A stretch of 49,053 nucleotides of DNA. It comes from Candidatus Nanoarchaeia archaeon (GTDB lineage Archaea > Nanobdellota > Nanobdellia > Pacearchaeales > GW2011-AR1). The notes beneath the pieces were generated by a model. That model saw nothing but the letters and a program-made list of their open reading frames with translations, had not been told where the DNA came from and did not search any database. The stretch spans positions 1-49,053 of the forward strand of contig JBGQNO010000004.1 of the NCBI GenBank assembly GCA_041501125.1. Direction: 5' to 3'. Shown piece by piece: positions 8,345-17,883 of this stretch. How positions within the stretch are numbered: position 1 is the first letter of the stretch; each line of letters opens with the position of its first letter. Both the position numbers and the translations under genes were made by a program.

Positions 8345-11257
8345 TTATCTTCTCATCGCATAGAACACAACCAATCCAGCTATTGTCACCATCAGGCTCC
8401 AGAAATTAAAGAATGGAATTTCTGTCGCTGCAAAGCATGAAACTTCTGCCGGGCCCGGGCCCCCAACACATCCTTGCATTGAACCAATGGCAGTGTATGT
8501 TATTGTTTTAATTCCCCTGTTACATGTTCCTTCTGTGATAGAATAACTGCATGTGCCAATAGTTGTAGTTACTCCATTTACTATTTCTATCTCTTCTGCA
8601 CCAGCCTGGCATTCATTGTAAGTAGAATTCCAGACACATAAGCATCTCGTAAATATACAATCAGCGCCAGTGCATGTAGTCCCGCATATAATTCCAGCTG
8701 CTGCTGGAATTTCCTTTATGCTTGCTTCTGCAATTGCAGAATTAAAGTTATTGCAGTCTTCTTCATTCTCATATCCATTCAAGCCTCCGCATCTCACAAT
8801 TCCTGATTTCACGCAGGTATTGATATTATGGTTAGTAGAAGTATCAAGTACATTGAAGCATGTCTGGTCATTTGGACAACAAGTTTTGTCTACTCCATTA
8901 AATGTCCTGAGGCAATTGTCCTTGCTTGATTCTCCAGTGTCAGTCCAGGATGAAGTTGTTTGAGTCTGCTCGCATTTGCCTCCGCATAAACCATAATTAA
9001 ACATGCATTCCTGTGTACATGATAATGTTCCAGGCTCATGCCCTTTTGATTCGCATGTTTGCCCACTCAGATTCTGAACTTTTGCTCCATTAGGACAAGG
9101 CTGTATTGAAGGATTGCACCCAGGATCGCACTCTTCGCCTTTGCTAGTGTCAACAATTCCATTATAATTACAGAATTTTGCTCCGCTTCCTGGAATTGGT
9201 TTACAATCCAAGGTAACATCATCCCATCTACAACAACTACCACTTCCAGAATTTTCACATGCGTTACTATCAATAAACCCTCCGCAATTCACGCTAGAGC
9301 AATTCTTCCTGCATTGCGGAGTTGCTGAGACATTAAATATGCAGCACGGACTTAAGCAATTATCATGCGACAAAATACTGCAGTCAGCAATTGTAGCGCA
9401 TGTAATTCCCCCGCTCACAAACACCAAAGGCAGCCAGTCGCCGTATGGCTCACTAATCTTTATACCAGCTGGAATTCCTGGCATTTGTGGCAAGTTAGTA
9501 TCTCCAATTTTATCTCCAGCCACTCGTCCGCCATTTCCATTGTCAACTCCAGTATAATTGCTCCAGAAATTTCCTCCAATGCAATTCCCATTGACAATAT
9601 TTGTCACTCCATTGCATGTCCTCGTTGTATTCCAGATATTTCCTCCTGCAATCAAGTCGTCATAAGCATTTTTCGAATTGTTAAGGAAGTTATTAAAAAT
9701 AAGGCTGTTCGAGCCAGAACCAATATTAATCCCACGCCCGCTATTATTTTCTACAACGTTTCTTTTAATAATATTGCTATTGCTGTAACTCAACCAAATC
9801 CCATCACCGCGATTGTTTTTGATATTATTCTTATCTATTATGTTATTACCACTCCAATAAAAATATATTCCTTTATTATTATAATTCACAGTATTGTCAT
9901 AAACTAAATTGTATTTTGCTCCATCTCCCATGAAAATTCCTTCTAATCCATTATCATTTATAACATTCTGCTGTATCGTATTATTGAAACCATTTTTAAG
10001 AACAATTCCATTGTAAGAATTGTTAGCAATTGAATTAGAGATTATGATAGATGAATTTAAATTTGCCATCCAGACTCCAAAAACAAATCCAGAAATATCG
10101 CAGTTCTTTATCGTTACATTCTTTCTATTTGTTATATTTATCCCAATACTAAGACCATTGCCTGTTATGTTATGCCCTGCGCAGTCAAGAACAACATTAT
10201 TTGCAGCAATATTTAATCCGTTTGAACAATCATCCAAATCTCTGTTTAAAGTAGTGCTTTTAATTATATTTGAACCACAGTCAATTCCTACAAGAGGAAA
10301 ATAATCTCCGTGATAAGGTGTCTGGGTGTCTCCAATTCCATAATTCTCTGTTCCGACTTCAATGCCAGTATAGTCATTCCAGAAATTTCCTCCTAGACAT
10401 CTTCCGCCCATAATATTTGCTCCACGGCTGCAATCCACAGAAGCAAGATTCCATTTGGTTCCGCTGCTCTCATCGTGATAAACATTTCGCGGGTTGTTGA
10501 ACAAGTTGTTGTAAAACAGATTGTTTGTTGGCCAACTTATGTACATACCTACTTCTTGCAGCATATCTAAACCGTAAGTGTTGTATTTTATAATGTTTGA
10601 AGAAATGTCATTTTGCCCTACTGCGCCCTCCATTTTAATCCCTCTTGTATTTTTAGTTATCTTATTTTCCTTTATGAGATTATTATTGGAACCAGTCTCA
10701 AAATAAATCCCTTCTGAGTTATTTACTATTGTGTTTCGGGTTATATTGTTTGATGTCTTGCCTGGAGCATCCCCAAAATAAATGCCAGCCCCCTTATTAT
10801 TTTTTATAATATTCAAATCAAAAACATTATATCTCAAGTTGTCAGTTCCACTCTTTAATTCAATTCCCCAATGTTCATTATTGTTTATTGTATTGCTGGA
10901 AATCAGGCTGTTATCAGTGCTGTCAAGAACTATTCCGTAACTGCTATTTCTAACAGTATTTGAAGAAATGGTTATATTGTCACCCCAGACAACCTGTATT
11001 CCAATTACGAACCCGGTTATATCACAATTTTTAATTGTTATGCCGGATTGTCCGTGTATGTATATTCCATTTCCACTTCCAGCTCCCGCAATTTTGTGTC
11101 CTGCACAATCAAGATATATGCTATTTCCTGCTAGTTCAACGCCTTCATTTAAGTCAGTTGATAATGTTTTGCTAGAATAAAAAGTCACACCAAGAACACT
11201 GCTTGCCAGAATAGAAATGCTTAATAGAACTACTGCAAACAAAACCCCTTTTTTCAT
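8345..11257 (-). CDS. Surface protein with two NosD/CASH beta-helix modules, a Cys-rich stalk and a C-terminal IPFF-TM-RR anchor
   Basis: Two LDCAGH.I.G.G starts, I..N.I..N repeats, two WN..C...NI..G.C.GGNFW..Y.G caps; signal peptide. Confidence 0.8.
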   Translation of the reverse strand: MKKGVLFAVVLLSISILASSVLGVTFYSSKTLSTDLNEGVELAGNSIYLDCAGHKIAGAGSGNGIYIHGQSGITIKNCDITGFVIGIQVVWGDNITISSNTVRNSSYGIVLDSTDNSLISSNTINNNEHWGIELKSGTDNLRYNVFDLNIIKNNKGAGIYFGDAPGKTSNNITRNTIVNNSEGIYFETGSNNNLIKENKITKNTRGIKMEGAVGQNDISSNIIKYNTYGLDMLQEVGMYISWPTNNLFYNNLFNNPRNVYHDESSGTKWNLASVDCSRGANIMGGRCLGGNFWNDYTGIEVGTENYGIGDTQTPYHGDYFPLVGIDCGSNIIKSTTLNRDLDDCSNGLNIAANNVVLDCAGHNITGNGLSIGINITNRKNVTIKNCDISGFVFGVWMANLNSSIIISNSIANNSYNGIVLKNGFNNTIQQNVINDNGLEGIFMGDGAKYNLVYDNTVNYNNKGIYFYWSGNNIIDKNNIKNNRGDGIWLSYSNSNIIKRNVVENNSGRGINIGSGSNSLIFNNFLNNSKNAYDDLIAGGNIWNTTRTCNGVTNIVNGNCIGGNFWSNYTGVDNGNGGRVAGDKIGDTNLPQMPGIPAGIKISEPYGDWLPLVFVSGGITCATIADCSILSHDNCLSPCCIFNVSATPQCRKNCSSVNCGGFIDSNACENSGSGSCCRWDDVTLDCKPIPGSGAKFCNYNGIVDTSKGEECDPGCNPSIQPCPNGAKVQNLSGQTCESKGHEPGTLSCTQECMFNYGLCGGKCEQTQTTSSWTDTGESSKDNCLRTFNGVDKTCCPNDQTCFNVLDTSTNHNINTCVKSGIVRCGGLNGYENEEDCNNFNSAIAEASIKEIPAAAGIICGTTCTGADCIFTRCLCVWNSTYNECQAGAEEIEIVNGVTTTIGTCSYSITEGTCNRGIKTITYTAIGSMQGCVGGPGPAEVSCFAATEIPFFNFWSLMVTIAGLVVFYAMRR

Positions 11258-11297
11258 TCCTTTACAATACTTTGCGCATTTATAAATTTTTATTTTC

Positions 11298-12722
11298 CTA
11301 CCCTTTCATCACTGCAATCGGCCTTAATCTCGCGACAAGATTGCCGATTCCGACTTCATGAGAAACTCTAACAACTTCATCAATATCTTTGTATGCCTGC
11401 GGCGCTTCTTCAGCAAGTCCTTTTACACTGCGAGTGGCTATTTCAATCCCTTTTTCTTTCAACTCCTGCTTTATATCCTCGCCGCGCATTTCCCGCAATG
11501 CCTGGCTTCTGCTTTCTGCCCTGCCTGCGCCGTGAGCTGTTGACGCAAAACTTAGCTCTTCTGCTTTTTTTGTGCCAACAAGAACATAACTTGAGGTCCC
11601 CATGCTTCCTGGAATAAGAACAGGCTGTCCAACTTTTCTGTACTCTTTCGGTATCTCGGTTCTGCCAGGCCCGAAACTTCGTGTAGCGCCTTTTCTATGA
11701 ATACAAAGCATTTTTTTCTTGCCATCAATTTCATATTCCTCAAACTTTGCAATATTATGGCATACATCATAAACAACTTCTGCCTTGAATTCAGGGAATA
11801 CACGTTTCATTGTCTCTCTGACTTGATGCGTTATAATCTGCTTGTTGCAGAAAGCAAAATTCGCAGCAGCGCTCATTGCTGAAAAATACTCTTTTCCAAG
11901 CTTTGAATTTATCGGCGCATTTATCAATTCCCTGTCAGGCAGGTTTGCAAATCCGTATTCTTTTTCCATTGCAACTATATAGTCGCTTGCAACCTGATGT
12001 CCAAGCCCTCTTGAGCCGCAATGTATCATAATAGTTATCTGTCCTTTCTCAAGTCCGAAAACTTTTGCAATCTCTTTATCAAAGATTTCATCAACTACTT
12101 GTATTTCAAGAAAATGATTTCCACTTCCAAGGCTTCCAATCTGTGGCGTGCCTCTTGCAATCGCCCTCGAAGAAACAAATTCAGCTTTTGCCTCTTTCAT
12201 CCTGCCATTTTCTTCTGTAAATTCCGCGTCTGCCTTGGTTCCATAGCCATTCTTGATTGCCCAGTCAATTCCCTGCTCAAGAATTTCTTTAAGCTGCTCC
12301 TTGTTTATTTTCAAGGCCGCGCCTTCGCCAACTCCTGAAGGAACATCCCTGAAAAGAGAATCAATTATTTTTTTCTTCTCGCCAGCATTGTCAATATCTT
12401 CTTTTTTTAAATTAGTCCTCAGCAGCCTGACGCTGCAGTTTATATCATAACCAATCTGTCCAGGCGATATTACTCCCTTTTCCAAATCATAAGCAGCCAC
12501 ACCACCAATACATGCGCCATAACCCATGTGGGCATCGGGCAACACAACTATATTTTTAACTACTCCTGGAAGCATGGACATATTTTTTGCTTGCTCTAAT
12601 GTTTTGTCCCTTTTTATTAAATCCATTAACTTTTCAGAAGCAAAAATTAGAATAGGAACATTCATCTTCCCAGTTCTCTCTATTTTCCACGTAAAATCAT
12701 TTACCTTCTCAACTTCAACCAT
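11298..12722 (-). CDS. rtcB: RNA ligase RtcB (tRNA-splicing ligase)
   Basis: PDAH.GYG, GYDINC, GSGNHFLE, HCGSRGLGH, HRKGATR, PGSMG, HGAGR, EEAP.AYK motifs; no intein. Confidence 0.97.
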   Translation of the reverse strand: MVEVEKVNDFTWKIERTGKMNVPILIFASEKLMDLIKRDKTLEQAKNMSMLPGVVKNIVVLPDAHMGYGACIGGVAAYDLEKGVISPGQIGYDINCSVRLLRTNLKKEDIDNAGEKKKIIDSLFRDVPSGVGEGAALKINKEQLKEILEQGIDWAIKNGYGTKADAEFTEENGRMKEAKAEFVSSRAIARGTPQIGSLGSGNHFLEIQVVDEIFDKEIAKVFGLEKGQITIMIHCGSRGLGHQVASDYIVAMEKEYGFANLPDRELINAPINSKLGKEYFSAMSAAANFAFCNKQIITHQVRETMKRVFPEFKAEVVYDVCHNIAKFEEYEIDGKKKMLCIHRKGATRSFGPGRTEIPKEYRKVGQPVLIPGSMGTSSYVLVGTKKAEELSFASTAHGAGRAESRSQALREMRGEDIKQELKEKGIEIATRSVKGLAEEAPQAYKDIDEVVRVSHEVGIGNLVARLRPIAVMKG

Positions 12723-13618
12723 TTTAGCTTCTCTCTATTATTTAATAAATTATGACTTATTAACCTTTTCACTTCTCTTTGCTTGTTTACATTAAGCTCA
12801 AAATAAATTGTTCCGATACCATTTCTTCTTTTGCCGATTCTTGATTCAAGATTATATAAATTATTTAAAGTTTTTTGCAATTTTATTAAATTCTCTTCTT
12901 TATTTGAAAATATTCTTACAACCCCGTTACTCTTTCCAATAACTGCTTTTTGTTTTAATAAATATCTCACAAATTCTTTTTGCTTATTTCTTTTTGCAGG
13001 AAATTTCCAATAATAGTCCATAAAATCATTCATTATGAGGTCTAATTTTTGCTTCTTTGATGGATGTAAAAGTCCTATTTTGTCCTTAAAATTTGAGATA
13101 TTTGCTTTTCCGTATATGTACAATGAATAAATATCCCTCGTGGATCGCTTTGTAACCTTGCAACTAATTCCTAACTTCTTGAGAGAATCCCTCACTTGAT
13201 ATATGCCTGTTTCATTAACGCAATCTGCACCAATATGCCTATTTTGATGATGTTTACAGGTAACCCAGCCCTCGCAATCAAAGTAAGCTCTCAGCCATAT
13301 TTTCAAAAGGTTTTTATTTAATTTTGGCATTCTCCATTCCCAGGAGTAAAACGAACCGAATTCATTTGTTAATTTTTCATAAATTTCCTTTGAACCAAGT
13401 CTGCATCTTTGTCCCTCAATTAGGTATGGTTTAATGCCAAAGTAATCATTAAATTTTCTTTGGAAATCCTTCAATAATACCAAACTTGTATTTCTTAATC
13501 CCATCATGTAATATTTATGTTTTTGTGTCGGTGGATTTTTAATAACATAACCGTCTGCGCAGAGATAGGCATGAACAGCAGCAAGGTTTTCATCAAATCT
13601 CATGTAATCATAAGGCAT
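12701..13618 (-). CDS. Free-standing LAGLIDADG (intein DOD-type) homing endonuclease
   Basis: Two motifs, LAAVHAYLCADG and WLRAYFDCEG, plus a block-H-like IGLLHPSKKQKL; no intein splicing termini. Confidence 0.85.
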   Translation of the reverse strand: MPYDYMRFDENLAAVHAYLCADGYVIKNPPTQKHKYYMMGLRNTSLVLLKDFQRKFNDYFGIKPYLIEGQRCRLGSKEIYEKLTNEFGSFYSWEWRMPKLNKNLLKIWLRAYFDCEGWVTCKHHQNRHIGADCVNETGIYQVRDSLKKLGISCKVTKRSTRDIYSLYIYGKANISNFKDKIGLLHPSKKQKLDLIMNDFMDYYWKFPAKRNKQKEFVRYLLKQKAVIGKSNGVVRIFSNKEENLIKLQKTLNNLYNLESRIGKRRNGIGTIYFELNVNKQREVKRLISHNLLNNREKLKWLKLRR

Positions 13619-13666
13619 TTGCTTATTTTATACCTTATGTTTATCTGGTAAATAGTAACATCTTAA

Positions 13667-13692
13667 AAAATATTTCTTTCAAGGAATATTTT
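13667..13692. promoter_or_regulatory. Imperfect inverted repeat between the divergent endonuclease and pdaD genes
   Basis: AAAATATTTC-N6-GGAATATTTT (9/10 complementary); AT-rich, so it could be chance. Confidence 0.25.
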
Positions 13693-13763
13693 ACTCTGGA
13701 GTTACCAAAAATTATAATAAACTTTAAAAACTTCGTTTGTGAGTTAATTTCAAGTGACCATAA

Positions 13764-14405
13764 ATGATTCCAAAGAAAGTTTTCTTTACAAAAGGCGTTG
13801 GAATACACAAGGACAAGCTCGCAAGCTTTGAGCTTGCTCTGAGAGATGCAGGCATAGAAAAATGCAACCTGGTTTATGTGTCAAGCATTTTTCCTCCAGG
13901 ATGTGAGATTGTTTCTAAAGAAGAGGGTGTAAAACTTTTAAAACCCGGGCAAATAACATTCTGCGTCATGGCAAAAAATGAGACAAACGAGCCTAATCGT
14001 CTGATAGCAAGTGCAATCGGATTGGCTGTCCCAACCGACAAGAACACTTATGGATATTTGTCAGAGCATCATACTTTTGGTGAGACATCAAAAAAAGCAG
14101 GCGAATACGCAGAGGACTTGGCAGCGACAATGCTTGCAACCACCCTTGGAATTCCTTTTGAATCTGACAGAGCATGGGAAGAGCGCGAGCAGGTATACAA
14201 AGCAAGTGGAAAAATATTCAAGACAACAAATATCTGCCAGTCAGATGAAGGGCATAAAGACGGACTTTGGACAACAGTGATTGCAGTCGCTGTTTTTGCT
14301 GAGGATACAACGTCAAATATAATTCCACACCCACAAAGCCAAACAGTTCTTCCTCTGCCGGATGATTCTAACCATCATTCTGTTGGCATTAACGGCAAGA
14401 AATAA
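13764..14405 (+). CDS. pdaD: Pyruvoyl-dependent arginine decarboxylase
   Basis: [22 protein letters not shown] self-cleavage site; GYLSEHH motif. Confidence 0.92.
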   Translation: MIPKKVFFTKGVGIHKDKLASFELALRDAGIEKCNLVYVSSIFPPGCEIVSKEEGVKLLKPGQITFCVMAKNETNEPNRLIASAIGLAVPTDKNTYGYLSEHHTFGETSKKAGEYAEDLAATMLATTLGIPFESDRAWEEREQVYKASGKIFKTTNICQSDEGHKDGLWTTVIAVAVFAEDTTSNIIPHPQSQTVLPLPDDSNHHSVGINGKK

Positions 14406-14419
14406 ATTTGTGTTTACAA

Positions 14420-15025
14420 CTATTTTTCATTTAATATTTTCTTCAGTTCTTTTTTAAACTTACCCATTTTTGGAAAACCAGTATATTGAATTGCATTTAA
14501 GCCTGCTTTTCTGGCATTCTCTATGTTGGGCAAATAATCATCAATGAACAGTAATTCTTCGGGTTTGATCTTTATTTCACGGACAAGCTTGTAGAATATG
14601 TCGCCTTCTGATTTCTTGCCGCAGAAATCAAATGATGTGAAAACCTTCTTGAAATCCTTGAAAGTGCCTGACTTTAAATTTGCATCAAAATGTTCTTCAT
14701 TAGTATCTGTAAATCCATAGAGCTCATACTTTTGCTTTAAACTTCTTATAAGCTTTAGCAATTCTTTATTTAATACCTTGTTTTTTATATATCTTGCCTT
14801 GTAGAAATCCACAATCTCATTAATATTTTCATTTGGAAATATATGCTGAAGGTAAGGTTTAACGCTTTTGCATTCAGCATTGGTTTTTATGTAAACTTCT
14901 TCAAGTTCTTTGTTGCCTTTTGCGAGTATACTTTTTCTATACTTTTTAATGAAGCCATGATCAACTCTGTGCCAGTCAGTCTTAAAGACAACATTTCCAA
15001 AGTCAAAGATTATTGCTTTTATCAT
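14420..15025 (-). CDS. HAD-superfamily phosphatase
   Basis: MIKAIIFDFGNV motif I and FIDD motif IV; start refined to the ATG at 15025. Confidence 0.85.
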   Translation of the reverse strand: MIKAIIFDFGNVVFKTDWHRVDHGFIKKYRKSILAKGNKELEEVYIKTNAECKSVKPYLQHIFPNENINEIVDFYKARYIKNKVLNKELLKLIRSLKQKYELYGFTDTNEEHFDANLKSGTFKDFKKVFTSFDFCGKKSEGDIFYKLVREIKIKPEELLFIDDYLPNIENARKAGLNAIQYTGFPKMGKFKKELKKILNEK

Positions 15026-15033
15026 ACTGTTCT

Positions 15034-15435
15034 TCAAACATCCACAACTACCTGGCAAACCCACATGTCTTTTTCATGCCTGACAAACATTTCATTGTAT
15101 GTTACTGCCTTGACATCAGTCATAACTTTGTAGTTTTTTGAACTATCCCCTGAAAGTTCAGCCTCAAGTAAACCATTTTTAATTTTTACTTTTGCTGAGG
15201 CAACAAAGAAACTTTTTGTATCTAACAAGAACAAAAGCTCCTCAAGAAAATTATACAGCAGGCTCTCCTTATCATTTCCCTTTACTTTGATTTTCTCTTT
15301 GATTTTTCTGGCAACCTTTCCTTTATACATCACATTAAACATTGCCAGGGCAGAATTTACAAATGCCTTGTCCAAAGTCTTTCCAAAAGCCTGGAACTTT
15401 GCATCTGCTGTATGCTCAAGAAATTTGAATTTCAT
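15034..15435 (-). CDS. Archease (RtcB activator)
   Basis: FKFLEHTADAKF...DVKAVTYNEM...VVVDV. Confidence 0.95.
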   Translation of the reverse strand: MKFKFLEHTADAKFQAFGKTLDKAFVNSALAMFNVMYKGKVARKIKEKIKVKGNDKESLLYNFLEELLFLLDTKSFFVASAKVKIKNGLLEAELSGDSSKNYKVMTDVKAVTYNEMFVRHEKDMWVCQVVVDV

Positions 15436-15510
15436 ATTACAAACAATCCATGAGACTTTTTATACTTTCTTAGAGAAAAGCTTAATAACTTGCTTATCAA
15501 ACTTTTTTTT

Positions 15511-15885
15511 ATGGAAAAATGCCTGGAAAAATTGATTGGTTCAATCTGGCATTTAGCCTTAAATCGTGGAAGAGAACATCCAGAATCTTATATTTCTGAA
15601 GAAACAATAATCGAAGACGATATTCTTTACAACTGCAGTTATTACGAATTTATATGCGATCTTGGCAATGTTATTCATGGCATTGGCGATATAAGAATTT
15701 GTGTTATGGGCGATGACGATACTGTTTCCATTAAAGTTTACAAAGGAAGAGAATGGAATTCTCCAAAAGATTTAGTATTCTGCTACCTAAGAAGAGAAGA
15801 CATGGCTCCAGAATTAATAAAACATGAAGAAGGAGATTGGGAACAAATTGTTCTGGATTGTGCACACGATATTAACAATAATTAG
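15511..15885 (+). CDS. Hypothetical acidic protein
   Basis: Fills the gap between archease and the pilus cluster; ATG at 15511; no recognised motif. Confidence 0.5.
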   Translation: MEKCLEKLIGSIWHLALNRGREHPESYISEETIIEDDILYNCSYYEFICDLGNVIHGIGDIRICVMGDDDTVSIKVYKGREWNSPKDLVFCYLRREDMAPELIKHEEGDWEQIVLDCAHDINNN

Positions 15886-15904
15886 GTTTCTTAGTAACCA
15901 ATGA

Positions 15905-16345
15905 TTATTCTTTCCACATAAAAATTCTGATTTTCTTTGGAGAAAATTCAGTCAGTGTAGCAGAAACAATTCTCTCTTCTGAGAAAACTTCAGCATTTGG
16001 CTGGTAAAATCCGCAGACTTCTGTGGCATTGCACACCCTGCATGTAAAGTCAAAGCCAGGAAAACTGCTCTTTATCCTTTCGTCTATGAAGCTTTTGATG
16101 TTTGTTTTCAGGTTTTCATTAGTGTCACAGTCTCCCTCATTGTTAAGTATAACTGCGCGAAGCGCAGGATCATCCTTCATCTCGTCAAGTATGCTTCCCT
16201 GCCATTGCAGTATGTTCTCAGAACTGCTTGGTTTCTGTATTCCTTGGGCATACATCAAAAGCATGAAAGTAAATATCAATGATATGGAAATCGCAGCTTC
16301 AAAAATCTTCACAATTCCTTTTTTGTTTTCCATCATCATCACCAT
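15905..16345 (-). CDS. Pilin-like protein (class III signal peptide)
   Basis: NKKG|IVKIFEAAISISLIF followed by a hydrophobic helix; last gene of the pilus cluster. Confidence 0.65.
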   Translation of the reverse strand: MVMMMENKKGIVKIFEAAISISLIFTFMLLMYAQGIQKPSSSENILQWQGSILDEMKDDPALRAVILNNEGDCDTNENLKTNIKSFIDERIKSSFPGFDFTCRVCNATEVCGFYQPNAEVFSEERIVSATLTEFSPKKIRIFMWKE

Positions 16346-17037
16346 GCAGAAATCCTCATTATGTCATAAGTTGAACTGCCGTCTTTATAAATAATTTCGA
16401 TAGGCACATCCTTTGAATACACCGGCCTTCCAAGAGGAACTCTTCTTGACATATCGATTATAATATTGCCTGTATCATCAATAACCTTTACTCCAAAATC
16501 ATAATTTGTAACTCCAAGTTCCTGCCTTAAGCCAGCATAGCTAGAATAATACCTTCCATTCAAAGCATAAAGCGAATTGTTTGAAACCACGCTTAGTTCT
16601 CTCAACGGGCCTTTCTCCACATCAGTGTCTTGTAATGAAAGGCAACCAGCACCATCTTTGCTCGGCTCGCCAAACTCATCAGAAAAATAAATGTAAACAT
16701 AATAAAAGTTTGTTGTGCTTGCTATATCTCTTTTATTGACACATATCCCGCCTGCATCAAATGAATCTATAATACTTTTATTTTCATCCTTGACAATAAA
16801 GTTAATTCCTATATCATTATTTAAACAGAAGCAACTCTGTGTTACTTGTGGAATCTTCACACTGTAAAACGAAAGGTTAGTGTTTACATTATCCATTATT
16901 GAATTCTCAATTGCATTCAAACCTATCTCGCTTGACTTGAATGATGGCTTGAACAAGAATAGTATAAGAACTACAAATGTTGTGAACAATGCGAACGAGA
17001 TGATAAACTCAATGTGACTCTGCCCTCTTTTATTCAT
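16339..17037 (-). CDS. Pilin-like protein (class III signal peptide)
   Basis: MNKRG|QSHIEFIISFALF; start refined to 17037. Confidence 0.7.
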   Translation of the reverse strand: MNKRGQSHIEFIISFALFTTFVVLILFLFKPSFKSSEIGLNAIENSIMDNVNTNLSFYSVKIPQVTQSCFCLNNDIGINFIVKDENKSIIDSFDAGGICVNKRDIASTTNFYYVYIYFSDEFGEPSKDGAGCLSLQDTDVEKGPLRELSVVSNNSLYALNGRYYSSYAGLRQELGVTNYDFGVKVIDDTGNIIIDMSRRVPLGRPVYSKDVPIEIIYKDGSSTYDIMRISAW

Positions 17038-17075
17038 TTTAACCCAAGGTAAAATCAATATTTAAATTTTCGTGC

Positions 17076-17882
17076 CTACCCAAAGAATATGTTCGCAATC
17101 GAATATATCAGCAAAGCCAGCACAATGGTTATGAACGAGTGCTTTATGCCTGCGCGTATCTCGCCTTCTGCAAGCTTTCCAATCACAAGCCCTGAGAAAA
17201 ATCCCTGCACCATAAGCAGGTAGAACAAGGGCTGTGTAATCTTTTCTGCGCTGAATGACGCGCTTTTTGCAATGCTTGCTGTCAATGGAATTATCTTGAA
17301 CTGCATTACCAACACAATAACAACAAAAATCATAAATATTATATATCCCTGGACTACAAGATTGGATATTGCCGATTTCCTTTCTTTTTTCAATTTCTCT
17401 ACTTCATTTACAGAGTTAGCCACAGATTCCAAAATTTCTTCAATGTCTCCGCCCGCCCTGTCAGCCTCGCTTATCAGCGAGATTGCTTTCTTAATCACGC
17501 TGCCTTTTGCATTATTGGCAAAAGTCTGCAGTGCCTGCTTGACTGGAATTCCGATGGCAACCTGGTTTGCAAGCTTTTGCACATACGGTGTCAGAGTTCC
17601 ATAGTCCTGGTTCTTGACATTTATTATGCTTATGCTGATTGGAGTTCCAGCCTTGACATTTTCAACAATATTCCTTATGAATTCAAGGAACTTCTCATTG
17701 TTCTCTTTTTCAATGCTGCTTTCAGACATAAGCGCAATAACAAATGGCAGCGCAAATATTATCACGCTGAGCAGTATTAATAGCAGGAAGATTTTCTGTC
17801 CCATGAAAAGCAGTAAGTCAAGCAGTAAAACTAAAAGTGCAACTGCAGTTGTTATTACACTTGTTCTTGTTACGAGTTTCAT
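17076..17882 (-). CDS. Type IV pilus platform protein (T2SS F/TadC-like)
   Basis: FLEFIRNIVENVKAG and ADRAGGDIEEILESVA motifs; multiple TM helices. Confidence 0.88.
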   Translation of the reverse strand: MKLVTRTSVITTAVALLVLLLDLLLFMGQKIFLLLILLSVIIFALPFVIALMSESSIEKENNEKFLEFIRNIVENVKAGTPISISIINVKNQDYGTLTPYVQKLANQVAIGIPVKQALQTFANNAKGSVIKKAISLISEADRAGGDIEEILESVANSVNEVEKLKKERKSAISNLVVQGYIIFMIFVVIVLVMQFKIIPLTASIAKSASFSAEKITQPLFYLLMVQGFFSGLVIGKLAEGEIRAGIKHSFITIVLALLIYSIANIFFG

Positions 17883-17883
17883 T

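Noticed and set aside
11298-13618. Split intein or programmed frameshift fusing the endonuclease to RtcB
   Set aside because: No Cys/Ser-1 or His-Asn splicing ends, RtcB is complete on its own, and there is no slippery heptamer at the overlap.
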